Below the pieces are notes generated by a model. It did not search any database. It was not told the DNA's origin and saw only the letters and a program-made list of their open reading frames with translations. From NCBI GenBank assembly GCA_000091165.1, contig FP565575.1, positions 510,001 through 542,000 of the forward strand: a stretch of 32,000 bases of DNA. The letters run 5' to 3'. Below, piece after piece: positions 10,384-19,802 of the stretch (the stretch's first letter is position 1; each line of letters begins with the position of its first letter). Origin of the DNA: Candidatus Methylomirabilis oxygeniifera (GTDB lineage Bacteria; Methylomirabilota; Methylomirabilia; Methylomirabilales; Methylomirabilaceae). A program made the translations under genes and the position numbers.

Positions 10384-11174
10384 ACGGCGTGGAGTTCAGC
10401 GACGCAGAGTTCATGATCTGCCAGTGCGCCCGGCTGATTCAAGACGGCTCACTTGTCTTCATCGGGTATGGGATGCCGCAGATCGCCGCGATCCTGGCCC
10501 AGCGGCTGCACGCCCCTCGTATGGTCCAGGTCTATGAATTCGGCGCGGTCGGGGCGCTCCCCGAGACGCCGTTCGTCCGCTTTACCATGGGCGGGCCGCG
10601 CAACTGCTACCGGTCGCTCGCCTGGACGAGCATGAACACTATCTTCGCGCAGGTCCAGCTTGGGATGGTCGATATGGGCGTCCTCGGCGCTACCCAGATC
10701 GACCGGTTCGGCAACCTGAACTCGACCATGCTTGGAGCCGATTACCACCGCCCGGAGAAACGGTTTCCCGGAAGCGGAGGGGCCAACGAGGTGCTGAGCC
10801 AGTGTTGGCAGACGGTGATCATTGTCAAACACGAACGGCGCCGCTTCGTGGAGAAGGTCGATTTCGTGACCTCACCAGGGTTTCTTGACGGCACCCCCGG
10901 GGCGCGCGAGCGGGCGGGTTTGCCGAAGGATACCGGGCCTTGGCGGGTAGCCACCTCCAAGGCCCTGTACGGATTTGACGAACAGACCAAGCAGATGATC
11001 CTGCTGGGGGTCCTGCGTGGCCTGAGCGTGGATGACGCCCTTCAGGAGATGGACTTTACCCCCCTCATCGCTCCGCAGCTTAGGGAGCTTGCACCTCCGA
11101 CCGCTGAGGAGCTTCGTATCCTTCGGGAGGAGATCGATCCCGGTCGCGCGATCATCGGCTCTGCCGGGGAGTAA
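10380..11174 (+). CDS. CoA-transferase subunit B (IpdB-like family)
   Basis: 264 aa ORF overlapping subunit A by 4 nt; FVRFTMGGPRNCYRSLAW, MGVLGATQIDRFGNLNST, GSGGANEV, FVTSPGFLDG. Confidence 0.85.
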   Translation: MNGVEFSDAEFMICQCARLIQDGSLVFIGYGMPQIAAILAQRLHAPRMVQVYEFGAVGALPETPFVRFTMGGPRNCYRSLAWTSMNTIFAQVQLGMVDMGVLGATQIDRFGNLNSTMLGADYHRPEKRFPGSGGANEVLSQCWQTVIIVKHERRRFVEKVDFVTSPGFLDGTPGARERAGLPKDTGPWRVATSKALYGFDEQTKQMILLGVLRGLSVDDALQEMDFTPLIAPQLRELAPPTAEELRILREEIDPGRAIIGSAGE

Positions 11175-11240
11175 GGATGGGACAATTACCCCAAAATCTG
11201 AAAGCTTCTTACATGCGAGATAGGCTGACCAGTCTACTCA

Positions 11241-12191
11241 ATGGTTCGGCCGCAAGGTGAAATGACCATGACCGGTACTACGAATCCGAATCCGTCACCC
11301 CGTCGTATGCACGACCGGCGCTACTTCTACAAGTACGTCACCACCGATGTCGCGAAGATCGTAATGGCGACTCGCAAGCTGCGTTGGAGTTCCCCGTTGA
11401 AGTTCAATGATCCTTTCGACGTTACCCAACAGCTCCGTTTGCCCTTCAGTGCCGACGATCTCAACCTCGCCCTCGCTCAGCAACTGGCCGCGCTCTTTGA
11501 GACAGGCGATCCGACCCTGGTCCGGCAGCCTCTCGCCCGTACTCTGCTGCAGTTTGCTGGCGCGATGACTCCGCAGTCGCGAGCTCAGGTTGCCGCCAAG
11601 CTTCGGTCCGATCCCCGTGTCGCCACCCCAGGGAGGATCGACTCATTCAATGAGCTTCGGATCGTATGGCACGAAGTGGTTCCGCGTCTGCGAGCGCTGT
11701 GCCTCTCAGAAAGCTACGAGATTGTGCCTATGTGGGCGCACTACGCGGAGAATGGCACGGGTGCGGTGCTGGAGTTCGAAGCCATTGACCATCTAGATAG
11801 TGTCTTTCTTATGGCTCGCAAAGTAGTCTACCAAGACACGCCGCCAGCAATAGCAACGCCGCCGGCTTAGGCGCAATGCATGCTGGGCACGTCCAAGACG
11901 TCTTACATGGACCTGTTTTCCGAGCTGATGTACGTGAAGACTACTCCATGGTCCTACGAGAGGGAGTGGCGGCTCGTGACCGTGGCGCGGCTTGATGACG
12001 CAGATCTGCATGGCGATTGGGGCTTCCACCCTCAGGAACTCGCTGGAGTCTACCTGGGGCCGAGGTGCTCGGGTCAACATCGGGAAGACATCATGGCGCT
12101 CCGCGCCATGGGACTCGATCACATTCGTGTTTGGCAGGCTGCCGCGAATCCCGAACAGGGAACGCTGGAGTTTCAGCCGCTTGAGCTGTGA
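11241..12191 (+). pseudogene. DUF2971-family protein gene with one in-frame amber (TAG) codon at 11868-11870
   Basis: FYKYVTTDVAKIVMATRKLRWSSPLKFNDPFDV ... LCLSESYEIVPMWAHYAENGTGAVLEF ... KVVYQD, then TAG; the same frame continues (AQCMLGTSKTSYMDLFSELMYVKTTPWSYEREWRLV...) to TGA 12189-12191. Confidence 0.75.
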
Positions 12192-12205
12192 ACGATACGC
12201 AGGCG

Positions 12206-12305
12206 GCCGAACAAGCGCTTGCACTCGACGGCGGGCGCAAGGCGAGCTCAGCCGGTCCGACGTTTTCAATCTAGCGCCCGCCGCGGGTGAAGCGCAGCGT
12301 CTGGC
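12206..12305 (+). repeat. attC-type integron recombination site
   Basis: R''-like GCCGAAC 12206-12212. Left arm GCGCTTGCACTCGACGGCGGGCGC versus reverse complement of the right arm GCGCTTCACCCGCGGCGGGCGC: a long imperfect stem with an unpaired G. Ends in the degenerate R' GTCTGGC. Confidence 0.72.
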
Positions 12306-12319
12306 ATCAGGAGAATTAC

Positions 12320-12898
12320 ATGAGTCTCTTTTCACTCTTTCACAGGAAGCCTTCGCCGAGCAAGATTGCCGAGGACCTCGGCCCACTGTTCGTCCAAGTG
12401 GCCGTACACGAGTGTGGAAGTTTTCAGCAGATCTGGAAACGCCAGCTCGACGATGAAACTCAAGTCATGCTCTTCGCGGAGTTCGCCATCATCCTCGTCG
12501 CCGTGGCGGATAGACTCGTCTTTGACAAGTTTGGTGATCCCACCCGCTCCAAAGTGATTAATCGTGTAGTCGAAACGGTCCGCGATTGCTTTGTCAATCA
12601 GAGTCATTTCGGCGACACCCGACAGGAGCGTATCGTCTACTTCGAGCGTTTTTTTGCTGACCGTTTTCAAAGCTTTGCAACTTGTTCCAGCATCATGGGT
12701 GAAGGACAAGACTCCCTCATTTCCACTGGGACTCGATACCTCGCGGAGACATTCCTTGAGGATATCCCTGAATCCCAGCTCCCTGAGGCCGTTCTTGAAA
12801 CCGATAAAACTCTCAGCAAATCGGTCGTCGCTTTGTTAGCCACCCCAATCTTCAAAGCCCTGTGCGAAAATAATAGGGACAGCGACTATTTAAAATGA
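12320..12898 (+). CDS. Hypothetical cassette protein, mostly helical in appearance
   Basis: ORF from ATG 12320 with AGGAGA upstream; starts 15 nt after the attC-like site. Confidence 0.6.
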   Translation: MSLFSLFHRKPSPSKIAEDLGPLFVQVAVHECGSFQQIWKRQLDDETQVMLFAEFAIILVAVADRLVFDKFGDPTRSKVINRVVETVRDCFVNQSHFGDTRQERIVYFERFFADRFQSFATCSSIMGEGQDSLISTGTRYLAETFLEDIPESQLPEAVLETDKTLSKSVVALLATPIFKALCENNRDSDYLK

Positions 12899-12913
12899 GA
12901 AAACCGTAAGAAC

Positions 12914-12971
12914 GCCGACCGTAAAAATCAGCTGCCGTTCTTTTTACGGTTGGCTGATTTTTACGTTAGGC
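12914..12971 (+). repeat. Compact attC-like hairpin ending in a consensus R' box
   Basis: Perfect 13-bp inverted repeat CGTAAAAATCAGC (12920-12932)/GCTGATTTTTACG (12953-12965), overlapping GTTAGGC (12965-12971). R'' is degenerate (GCCGACC). Confidence 0.5.
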
Positions 12972-13394
12972 GGCAAGAGACCGCTGGGTATGTGATTCTG
13001 ATCGTCGCCCCGTCAGGGAAGCAAGCTAGAGGATCAGATTGTGCTCGGTGCCTGCTCGAAGCGAGCCTCTGGTGCCCCCTAGGGATCGCACATGAAGTGC
13101 CAGAGTATAGATTGGTGGTGTCCAGGGGAACCGCCTCTGCCACCGAGTAGGGTGCAGATTACACCCCCGTAATCGTGAGTCTCTTGCATGGGTCTCGCCC
13201 CGCCCCGCCCGTGCTCGGTTCACTACCCTTCATCGAGGCATCTTAGACCGGCTCCTGCTCCAAGGCGCCCTGTCTTAGGAGGCAGATTAGACTTGCGGTG
13301 TGCAACACTGTATCTTATGTTAGCCGATGTTGGGTATCGATGAACCGAGTGACGAGTCACATCACCAGCTCTTGTGCGGGAGGGAGGAGCACCA

Positions 13395-13585
13395 TGACTG
13401 GTATTCAGTTTCTGACCGATGAGAAAGGCCGAAAGGTGGCCGTACAGATCGACCTTCGCAAACATAGGGCGCTGTGGGAGGATTTCTACGACGGCCTTGT
13501 CTCTGAACAACGGCGCAAGGAGAAAGGCGTTCCCTTCGAAACCGTCAAGGCGGATTTGATCAAGCGCGGTCGCCTGCGTGGCTAG
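13395..13585 (+). CDS. Putative antitoxin paired with the downstream RelE-like toxin
   Basis: MTGIQFLTDEKGRKVAVQIDLRKHRALWEDFYDGLVSEQRRKEKG..., overlapping the next gene. Confidence 0.65.
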
Positions 13586-13838
13586 ATACGCTCTGGATAT
13601 CAAGCCGTCCGCACGGAAGGAGTTGGAGCGCTTGAGCGATAAGCTCCTTGCACACCTGGTATCGAGGATTGATGGTCTGGTCGTTAATCCAAGACCGTTC
13701 GGCTACAAGAAACTGCGCGGTTACAAGGATCTCTGGCGTATCCGCGTCGGCGATTACCGTGTCGTGTACATTATCGATGATGACCATAAGACGGTGAGCG
13801 TCACCCGGGTTGCCCACCGCGGAGATGTCTATGAATAG
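13578..13838 (+). CDS. RelE/ParE-family toxin
   Basis: MARYALDIKPSARKELERLSDKLLAHLVSRIDGL...KKLRGYKDLWRIRVGDYRVVYIIDDDHKTVSVTRVAHRGDVY. Confidence 0.9.
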   Translation: MARYALDIKPSARKELERLSDKLLAHLVSRIDGLVVNPRPFGYKKLRGYKDLWRIRVGDYRVVYIIDDDHKTVSVTRVAHRGDVYE

Positions 13839-14094
13839 TGAGACGACACTTGTTCCGCATCAGCTCGCCCGGTTTTCACCACGACTTCGAAGGTTACCGG
13901 GTGCGCATTGTGAAACTGTTATGAAGGTATTGTTGATAACTATTGGTTTTCCTGGGTGTGAATAGAGTTAGAGAATAGTCGGTAGGTCGATGATTGGCAG
14001 CATGTGCACTACATGGAGCCGGATAGGTTCCCCCTTGGCCAGGATTCCGTTGAACTTGGTGCGCCTGACCAATCTGTGTGCGTGAAGATTCGAA

Positions 14095-14478
14095 TCAACG
14101 GATCAACTCGACAGCCACCCCGGCGTCGATGTTCACCCATGCCTGATCCGCTGTGACCGCAGTGGCGTCGAGACGGCGGGCCAGGATCAGGCAGGCCCGA
14201 TCGCCTAGCGACAGCCCTGAGGGCTTGGTCGTAGGCGCGAGCAGCCCCACCTCGATGGCTTGTCCGATGTCGAATGGCACCGATTCCAGAGGTAGGAAGG
14301 CTAGAGTCTCTCGAATGGCGGTCTCCGGCATCCCTGCAAGAGCCAAGCGCGTGACGATCTCGGCCAGGTTCACCGTCGAGATTACAGCGTCCGACAGGAA
14401 AGGTGCGACCCGTTCCGCCCCCTCCTCTTGATTCAGCAGGGCGAGGAGCGCAGAGGCATCAAGGACGGCTTTACTCAC
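14095..14478 (-). CDS. vapC: PIN-domain VapC-family toxin (start refined to GTG 14478)
   Basis: SKAVLDASALLALLNQEEG..., STVNLAEIV, LSLGDRACLILARRLDATAVTADQAW. Confidence 0.85.
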   Translation of the reverse strand: MSKAVLDASALLALLNQEEGAERVAPFLSDAVISTVNLAEIVTRLALAGMPETAIRETLAFLPLESVPFDIGQAIEVGLLAPTTKPSGLSLGDRACLILARRLDATAVTADQAWVNIDAGVAVELIR

Positions 14479-14746
14479 GCTTTGCCTCTCTCCGGCGCTC
14501 CTTGAGCAGCGACTCGACAAGGGCGGCGTCGGCTGGGATATGCTGGCGAACGCGATGTTGTGCCTCAACGATAGCCTGCCGGAGTGGGATTAGCCGCAAC
14601 GTGTCTTGCTCGACCTGAAGGACCACAGGGTCGCCCGGGTTAAGCGCGAGTGCTTTACGGAGCGCGGCCGGAATCACGACTCGCGCCCCCCTGCCAATCC
14701 GGGTCACTACTCCTTCGGGTCGCGTATCTTTCAGTTTGACCGTCAT
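14471..14746 (-). CDS. AbrB/SpoVT-type antitoxin
   Basis: TRIGRGARVVIPAALRKALALNPGDPVVLQVEQDTLRLIPLRQAI; overlaps vapC by 8 nt. Confidence 0.85.
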   Translation of the reverse strand: MTVKLKDTRPEGVVTRIGRGARVVIPAALRKALALNPGDPVVLQVEQDTLRLIPLRQAIVEAQHRVRQHIPADAALVESLLKERRREAKRE

Positions 14747-14922
14747 GGCTATATGCTACCATGCTGGATAATCGTGTCAAGTTTTATCAATATACCAATA
14801 ATATAAACAAGCCACGGTCTGATAATACACCAGATCATGGACTAGGCGAGTTAGAATAGTCTGGACGGGGGTCGTGAGGAGATCGACCCAGATCGAGCGA
14901 TCATCGGGAGAATGGCCGGGGA

Positions 14923-15588
14923 TTAATCCCCACGCATGTCGTCGGCGGTCCGTGTCAGTGTGTGGCCTCCACGAAGCCATGTCGGAACGCCCAACCAGAC
15001 CTTACGTCGCGCCCAGTCCCAGAGGCGAATGCCCAGCAGGGCGGCCAGGATGGCGGCGTAGAGATACGGGTCGTTCACGCCCTTCTTGACCAGCCACAGG
15101 TAATGCAGCACGGCGAGCAGACCGATCAGGTAGACCAGCCTGTGCAGTCGCCGCCAGTTCTTGCCCCCCAGACGCTTTACCATTCCTGATGTGGAAGTGG
15201 CGGCCAGCGGCATCAGCAGCGTCAAGGCGAGCATACCAACGGTGATGTAGGGCCGTTTGACGATATCTGGCGCGAGTTCCCCCCATTCGAAGAAGTGGTC
15301 GACCGCGATCCAGACGGTGAAGTGAAGGCCGGCATAGAAGAACGCGAACAACCCCAGCAGACGCCGCAGGCTCATCTGCCATGAGATCCCGAATAGGAGC
15401 CGAAGGGGTGTCAATGCGAGGCTGGCGAGCAGCAGCCTAAGTGTCGTATCGCCGAGCAGGTTGGTGGTGTACGAGATCGGATTGGCGCCGAGCGAATCGG
15501 TGAGGAATCGATACAGAAGCAGCAGAAGGGGCGACAACGCGACGCCCCACACTGCGCTCTTCAGGAAGATGCGAGCTCGCCTGGACAT
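14923..15588 (-). CDS. msrQ: MsrQ haem-binding membrane subunit of the periplasmic methionine sulfoxide reductase
   Basis: Multi-spanning protein; GVALSPLLLLLYRFLTDSLGANPISYTTNLLGDTTLRLLLASLALTPL, LRRLLGLFAFFYAGLHFTVWI, WRRLHRLVYLIGLLAVLHYLW. Confidence 0.9.
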   Translation of the reverse strand: MSRRARIFLKSAVWGVALSPLLLLLYRFLTDSLGANPISYTTNLLGDTTLRLLLASLALTPLRLLFGISWQMSLRRLLGLFAFFYAGLHFTVWIAVDHFFEWGELAPDIVKRPYITVGMLALTLLMPLAATSTSGMVKRLGGKNWRRLHRLVYLIGLLAVLHYLWLVKKGVNDPYLYAAILAALLGIRLWDWARRKVWLGVPTWLRGGHTLTRTADDMRGD

Positions 15589-15592
15589 GGCA

Positions 15593-16546
15593 TCAGAAGT
15601 TCCGTTGGAGGTCCATTCCCGTGTACAGCGCCGCGACCTGGTCTGCATAGCCGTTGAACATCAGCGTCTTTCGCCGTCGAAACTCCCCGATACGTCGCTC
15701 GGTTGCCTGACTCCAACGCGGATGATCAACGGTAGGATTGACGTTTGAGTAGAACCCATATTCCCTTGGGGCCGCCTTTTCCCACGCCGTCTTCGGCTGC
15801 TCACTCACAAAGCGGATCCGCACGATCGATTTTGCGCTCTTGAAGCCATACTTCCATGGTACGACGATGCGAACGGGGGCGCCGTCCTGGTTCGGCAACA
15901 CCTGCCCGTACAGCCCGAAGGTGAGCAGCGTGAGCGGGTTGAGCGCCTCATCCAGCCGCAACCCCTCCATGTATGGCCAGTCGAGTGAGGAGACACTCAA
16001 GAAGCTTTTACGCTGTCCGGGGAACTGCGCTGGATCGTGGAGCGTGGTGAACTCGACGAACCTGGCCTTGCTCGTCGGTTCTACCCGCTTGATGAGGGAT
16101 GCGAGCGGATAACCGATCCAGGGGATCACCATCGACCACCCCTCGACACAGCGCAGGCGATAGATCCGTTCTTCCAGTGGAAACAGTCGCGCCAACTCAT
16201 CGACATCGTACCGCCTGGGGCGCGCCACGTGACCATCGACTTGGACTGTCCAGGGGCGAGGCTTCAGCAGATGTGCAAGCCGCGCCGGATCGTCCTTATT
16301 CGGGCCGAATTCCCAGAAATTATTGTATGTGGTGATATTCTCAAAGGAGGTCTGGCGATCCTCCGGGGTGAACCGCTCGTTGCGGGCAGCAGGGAGAGGT
16401 GCGCCGGCGGGCGGAGCAGCCACAGCCGATCCGGTCGGGGACAGCGCCAGGGCCGCCATTCCGATCAGGAACGACCGCCGATTGAGGTAGAGCTGATAGT
16501 CCGTAATCTCTGACGGTGCAATGTCCGGGGCAAGCCTGATCAACAT
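15593..16546 (-). CDS. msrP: MsrP molybdopterin-dependent catalytic subunit
   Basis: [18 protein letters not shown] signal-like N-terminus, [71 protein letters not shown]. Confidence 0.95.
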   Translation of the reverse strand: MLIRLAPDIAPSEITDYQLYLNRRSFLIGMAALALSPTGSAVAAPPAGAPLPAARNERFTPEDRQTSFENITTYNNFWEFGPNKDDPARLAHLLKPRPWTVQVDGHVARPRRYDVDELARLFPLEERIYRLRCVEGWSMVIPWIGYPLASLIKRVEPTSKARFVEFTTLHDPAQFPGQRKSFLSVSSLDWPYMEGLRLDEALNPLTLLTFGLYGQVLPNQDGAPVRIVVPWKYGFKSAKSIVRIRFVSEQPKTAWEKAAPREYGFYSNVNPTVDHPRWSQATERRIGEFRRRKTLMFNGYADQVAALYTGMDLQRNF

Positions 16547-16579
16547 ACGATTCTCCTGCAATCCTAAAATCTCCCCCTA

Positions 16580-16628
16580 CCCCTCTTTGTCAAAGAGGGG
16601 ATTTATTCCTCCCTTTGGAAAAGGGAGG
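16580..16628. repeat. Two adjacent near-perfect hairpins between msrP and the NUDIX gene
   Basis: CCCCTCTTTGtCAAAGAGGGG (16580-16600) and CCTCCCTTTggaAAAGGGAGG (16608-16628). Confidence 0.7.
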
Positions 16629-16722
16629 TTAGGAGGGATTCTGCTACTTGTGGCCTCTGTGGGTACCGTCTATGTCTCCTGATTTCTTAGATGCTACAGA
16701 GCCTCATATGGTTCAGTCGACA

Positions 16723-17283
16723 CTACAGACCTCGCAGGCGGGCGGCGTGGAGGATGGCGATGATCGTCATTCCGTCCACGATGTCACCCCGTAAGACCAT
16801 CTGGAGGGCATCGGAGAATGGGAACGCGCGGACCTCGATGAACTCCGTTTCGTCCGGTGGCCGCTCCAGCCTGGTCAACTCCTCCCCGATGAAGAGGTGG
16901 GCCGTCTCGTCCATTATACTCTTACTCGTGTGATAGGTGCTGATCCGGGTGAGCCTCCCCGCCTGATACCCGCTCTCCTCAGTGAGCTCCCGCTGGGCTG
17001 CCGCCTCGATCGATTCGCCTGCATGGAGTCCGCCTGTCGGCATCTCCCAGGTGACCCGCTTCGAGACGTACCGGTACTGCTTCACGAGCAGGACCGTGCG
17101 GCTGTCGAGAAAGGGGAGGATGCCGACACACTCGCCGCAGGTGACCACGCCGTAGATCGTGGTCCGTCCGTCAGGGAGCTCGACGAGGTCTTCGCGGAGA
17201 GAGAGCCATCTGTTCTGATAGATCGGCCGACTGGAAAGGGTCTTCCACGCCTGTTCTGCTAACGCATGCGCCTTCTTCACCAT
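16723..17283 (-). CDS. NUDIX hydrolase, ADP-ribose pyrophosphatase-like
   Basis: GGLHAGESIEAAAQRELTEESGYQAG matches the Nudix box GX5EX7REUXEEXGU. Confidence 0.9.
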   Translation of the reverse strand: MVKKAHALAEQAWKTLSSRPIYQNRWLSLREDLVELPDGRTTIYGVVTCGECVGILPFLDSRTVLLVKQYRYVSKRVTWEMPTGGLHAGESIEAAAQRELTEESGYQAGRLTRISTYHTSKSIMDETAHLFIGEELTRLERPPDETEFIEVRAFPFSDALQMVLRGDIVDGMTIIAILHAARLRGL

Positions 17284-17380
17284 ATCTGCTCCATGAGAAA
17301 CTGCCTCGTGTGCTCGGCCTGCCCCGGCCAGGGGGCCTTGGCCATAATCGCGACAGCAGCGCTGGAGATCGTGGTCACCC

Positions 17381-18775
17381 TCATCGCTCGACTTCGGGTA
17401 TTACGCCGGGGAGCTGTTCGGGGCGGGATGTTGCCGGTTGAGCGTCTTGCGTTGCCATGCGCACATGACGTGCGGTCCGCCGATGCCACAACGCCTGGAG
17501 CAGCAAGAGGAGATAGAGGGGAAGGAACTCCGCGAATCGGATCGTGAGCGGAAAGTCAAAATGTTCGTTGGTGTATGTGAGATAGGAGAGTGAGATGGCC
17601 GCGCTGAGGTACAACCATCCCCATGAGGGGAAGAGGCAGAGAAACGGAAGAAGCCAGACCAGATACCATGGGTGGAAGCTTGTCGGGAGGAGCAGCATGT
17701 ACGCACCAGCCATGAGGTACCCCTTCCGGTAAGGATCCAACGACCCCGCCTTGAGGATCAGGCGAAGTGCGAAGAGGAGGAGACAGGTTGCCAGGATGAA
17801 CATCGAGAGAATGCGAGGGGAAGCTGCGAAGGGAGTCAGGGCCAAGCTGAGGAAGTACCGGAGCCCCACGTTGAAATCTTCAGGAGGTTGAATGTAGCCG
17901 GGAAGAAACCCTATCACCTTGATTCCCGCACCTGCAACATAGGGAACATAGCCCAGCAGGACTATGAGACCGAAGGTAAGCGGGAACCGAATATCCCGAC
18001 GCTGATACAGGGCGGGGAAGAGGACCGCCGGATACAGCTTTATCAAGGTGGCGACACCCAATGCTCCTCCTGCGAGGACAGCTCGTCCCTTCGTTCTGGC
18101 GGCAAGTGCCAGAAGGACAAACGGCAGCATCAGGGCTTCGAGGTGACCGCTTCCGGCCAGCTCGAACAACACGAGGGGGGACCAGGCGTAAAGAAGCACG
18201 CGATCGGGATCTATTTTGGTCTTCTTCAGGAGTCGCATAATCAGGACGATGGTGGCGAGATCGAAGCAGAGCATGATGAACTTCAGGCCGACAATACTGT
18301 CAGGGAAGAGCTGGTACATGCCGGCAAAGAGAATCTGCGCTCCCGGAGGGTAGATGGTTGGCGCCCACGGACGGTTGATTAGGGGAAAGATCCGTTCGTC
18401 TCTCAGAAATCTCAGGGCGTCGGCTTCTGGGGGAGACGCATACGGGTTGATCCCTGCTGACTGGACCCGACCATCCCAGACATAGCGGTAGACATCGCTG
18501 GAGAGCACCTGAGGCATGAAGAGGAGGATGATCCGGAAGAGAAGGGCGAAGCCCAGGATCACACCAAGCGAAGAGCTCCTCGATCGTTTCCTGAGGATCG
18601 ACACAAGGGCGAGCAGGTAGAGGCCAAACAGCAGCGCGCACAGGAACGGATAGGCCGCGAGAGGATCGGTCTTTGGATCAACCAGCCCAACCCGACTGAG
18701 CAACGGGATGATCCGGAAATTGAGGCCGTATACAATGGCCGAGGCAACCCCTGTACCGGTCAGAATCCAGATCAT
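17381..18775 (-). CDS. Multi-spanning GT-C type glycosyltransferase-like protein (GT87/DUF2029-like)
   Basis: 464 aa hydrophobic ORF; SSDVYRYVWDGRVQSAGINPYASPPEADALRFLRDE, INRPWAPTIYPPGAQILF, GSGHLEALMLPFV, LLPTSFHPWYLVWLLPFLC. Confidence 0.8.
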   Translation of the reverse strand: MIWILTGTGVASAIVYGLNFRIIPLLSRVGLVDPKTDPLAAYPFLCALLFGLYLLALVSILRKRSRSSSLGVILGFALLFRIILLFMPQVLSSDVYRYVWDGRVQSAGINPYASPPEADALRFLRDERIFPLINRPWAPTIYPPGAQILFAGMYQLFPDSIVGLKFIMLCFDLATIVLIMRLLKKTKIDPDRVLLYAWSPLVLFELAGSGHLEALMLPFVLLALAARTKGRAVLAGGALGVATLIKLYPAVLFPALYQRRDIRFPLTFGLIVLLGYVPYVAGAGIKVIGFLPGYIQPPEDFNVGLRYFLSLALTPFAASPRILSMFILATCLLLFALRLILKAGSLDPYRKGYLMAGAYMLLLPTSFHPWYLVWLLPFLCLFPSWGWLYLSAAISLSYLTYTNEHFDFPLTIRFAEFLPLYLLLLLQALWHRRTARHVRMATQDAQPATSRPEQLPGVIPEVER

Positions 18776-18779
18776 CTCT

Positions 18780-19784
18780 CTAGACGCTCCAAAGGAGGCC
18801 GCAGCCCCGACAGGGGTCCGGAGGCGCGTCGGTGTCGAAGGCCTCTCGGAATGCCTGATAGCGCGGGCCGTTCCAGATCTTGCCGAACTCTTCCGTAAAC
18901 GCGTTACCCAGTATCAGGCTCCTGTAGTCCTGAGCGGTCCACGGCGAGATGCAGCACGGCAGCACGTTTCCGTTGGCGGTGATGTAGCTTAAAGTCCAGG
19001 GGCGCCGGCACCCAGCCCATGGCCGCTTCACCGGGTCTTGGCCTCTCAGGCTGGCCAGGGGAGTGGTGGCCCCGGAGGCCGTAAAAGCGATCTCAAGCAT
19101 GGCAGCGAGACGTTCGGCCTCCCCGATGAGCTCCTCCTGCAGTTGGTGAAGCGCTCCGTGAAGCGACTGCGCCCCTACGGCCAACCCCTGACCGTAACAC
19201 ACCAGGCGCTGGACATACACCTCTGAGACCCCGATCTCTTTGGCCAAGCGGATGAAGGCTGGAAGCTCCTCGATGTTGGCTTTCATCGCCGTAAACCAGA
19301 GCGAGACTCGAGGGGTCTTCTGCCCCAGCCGACGTTGAAGGTCGATTAGCCCTCGAATGTTCTTGACCACCCGATCGAACTGGTCCACCCCTCGAATGCG
19401 CTGATAGGTGCCCCTTGAAGCCGCGTCCATCGAGACCCGATACTCATCCAGGCCGCTCCCGATCAATTGGAGAGCACGCTGCGGCGTCAGACTGATGGCG
19501 TTGGAGTTGAAGAGGACAACGGCCCCCTTCGCCTTCAGGTACGCGACCATCGCGAAGAGTTCGCGGTTGAGAAGTGGTTCGCCGATCCCGTGCAGGGCGA
19601 CCCACTCCAGAACCGGGAACTGTTCCACGACCTGCTTCAGTTCAGCCAGGGCGAGGTCCTTGGGTGGTTCCAGGCTCATGAAGGTCCTGATGCAGGTTTG
19701 ACATCCGGAGTCACAGCGGTTGGTGGCCTCCAGGTACAGCGAGCAGGGGAGTGTTGGGACGATAGCCGATCGCGCCGCGTCCAT
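18780..19784 (-). CDS. Radical SAM protein with SPASM-type C-terminus
   Basis: CDSGCQTC (CxxxCxxC); C-terminus PWTLSYITANGNVLPCC...NAFTEEFGKIWNGPRY...DPCRGCGLLWSV. Confidence 0.85.
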   Translation of the reverse strand: MDAARSAIVPTLPCSLYLEATNRCDSGCQTCIRTFMSLEPPKDLALAELKQVVEQFPVLEWVALHGIGEPLLNRELFAMVAYLKAKGAVVLFNSNAISLTPQRALQLIGSGLDEYRVSMDAASRGTYQRIRGVDQFDRVVKNIRGLIDLQRRLGQKTPRVSLWFTAMKANIEELPAFIRLAKEIGVSEVYVQRLVCYGQGLAVGAQSLHGALHQLQEELIGEAERLAAMLEIAFTASGATTPLASLRGQDPVKRPWAGCRRPWTLSYITANGNVLPCCISPWTAQDYRSLILGNAFTEEFGKIWNGPRYQAFREAFDTDAPPDPCRGCGLLWSV

Positions 19785-19802
19785 CTTATGCCTCCAGGCG
19801 CC

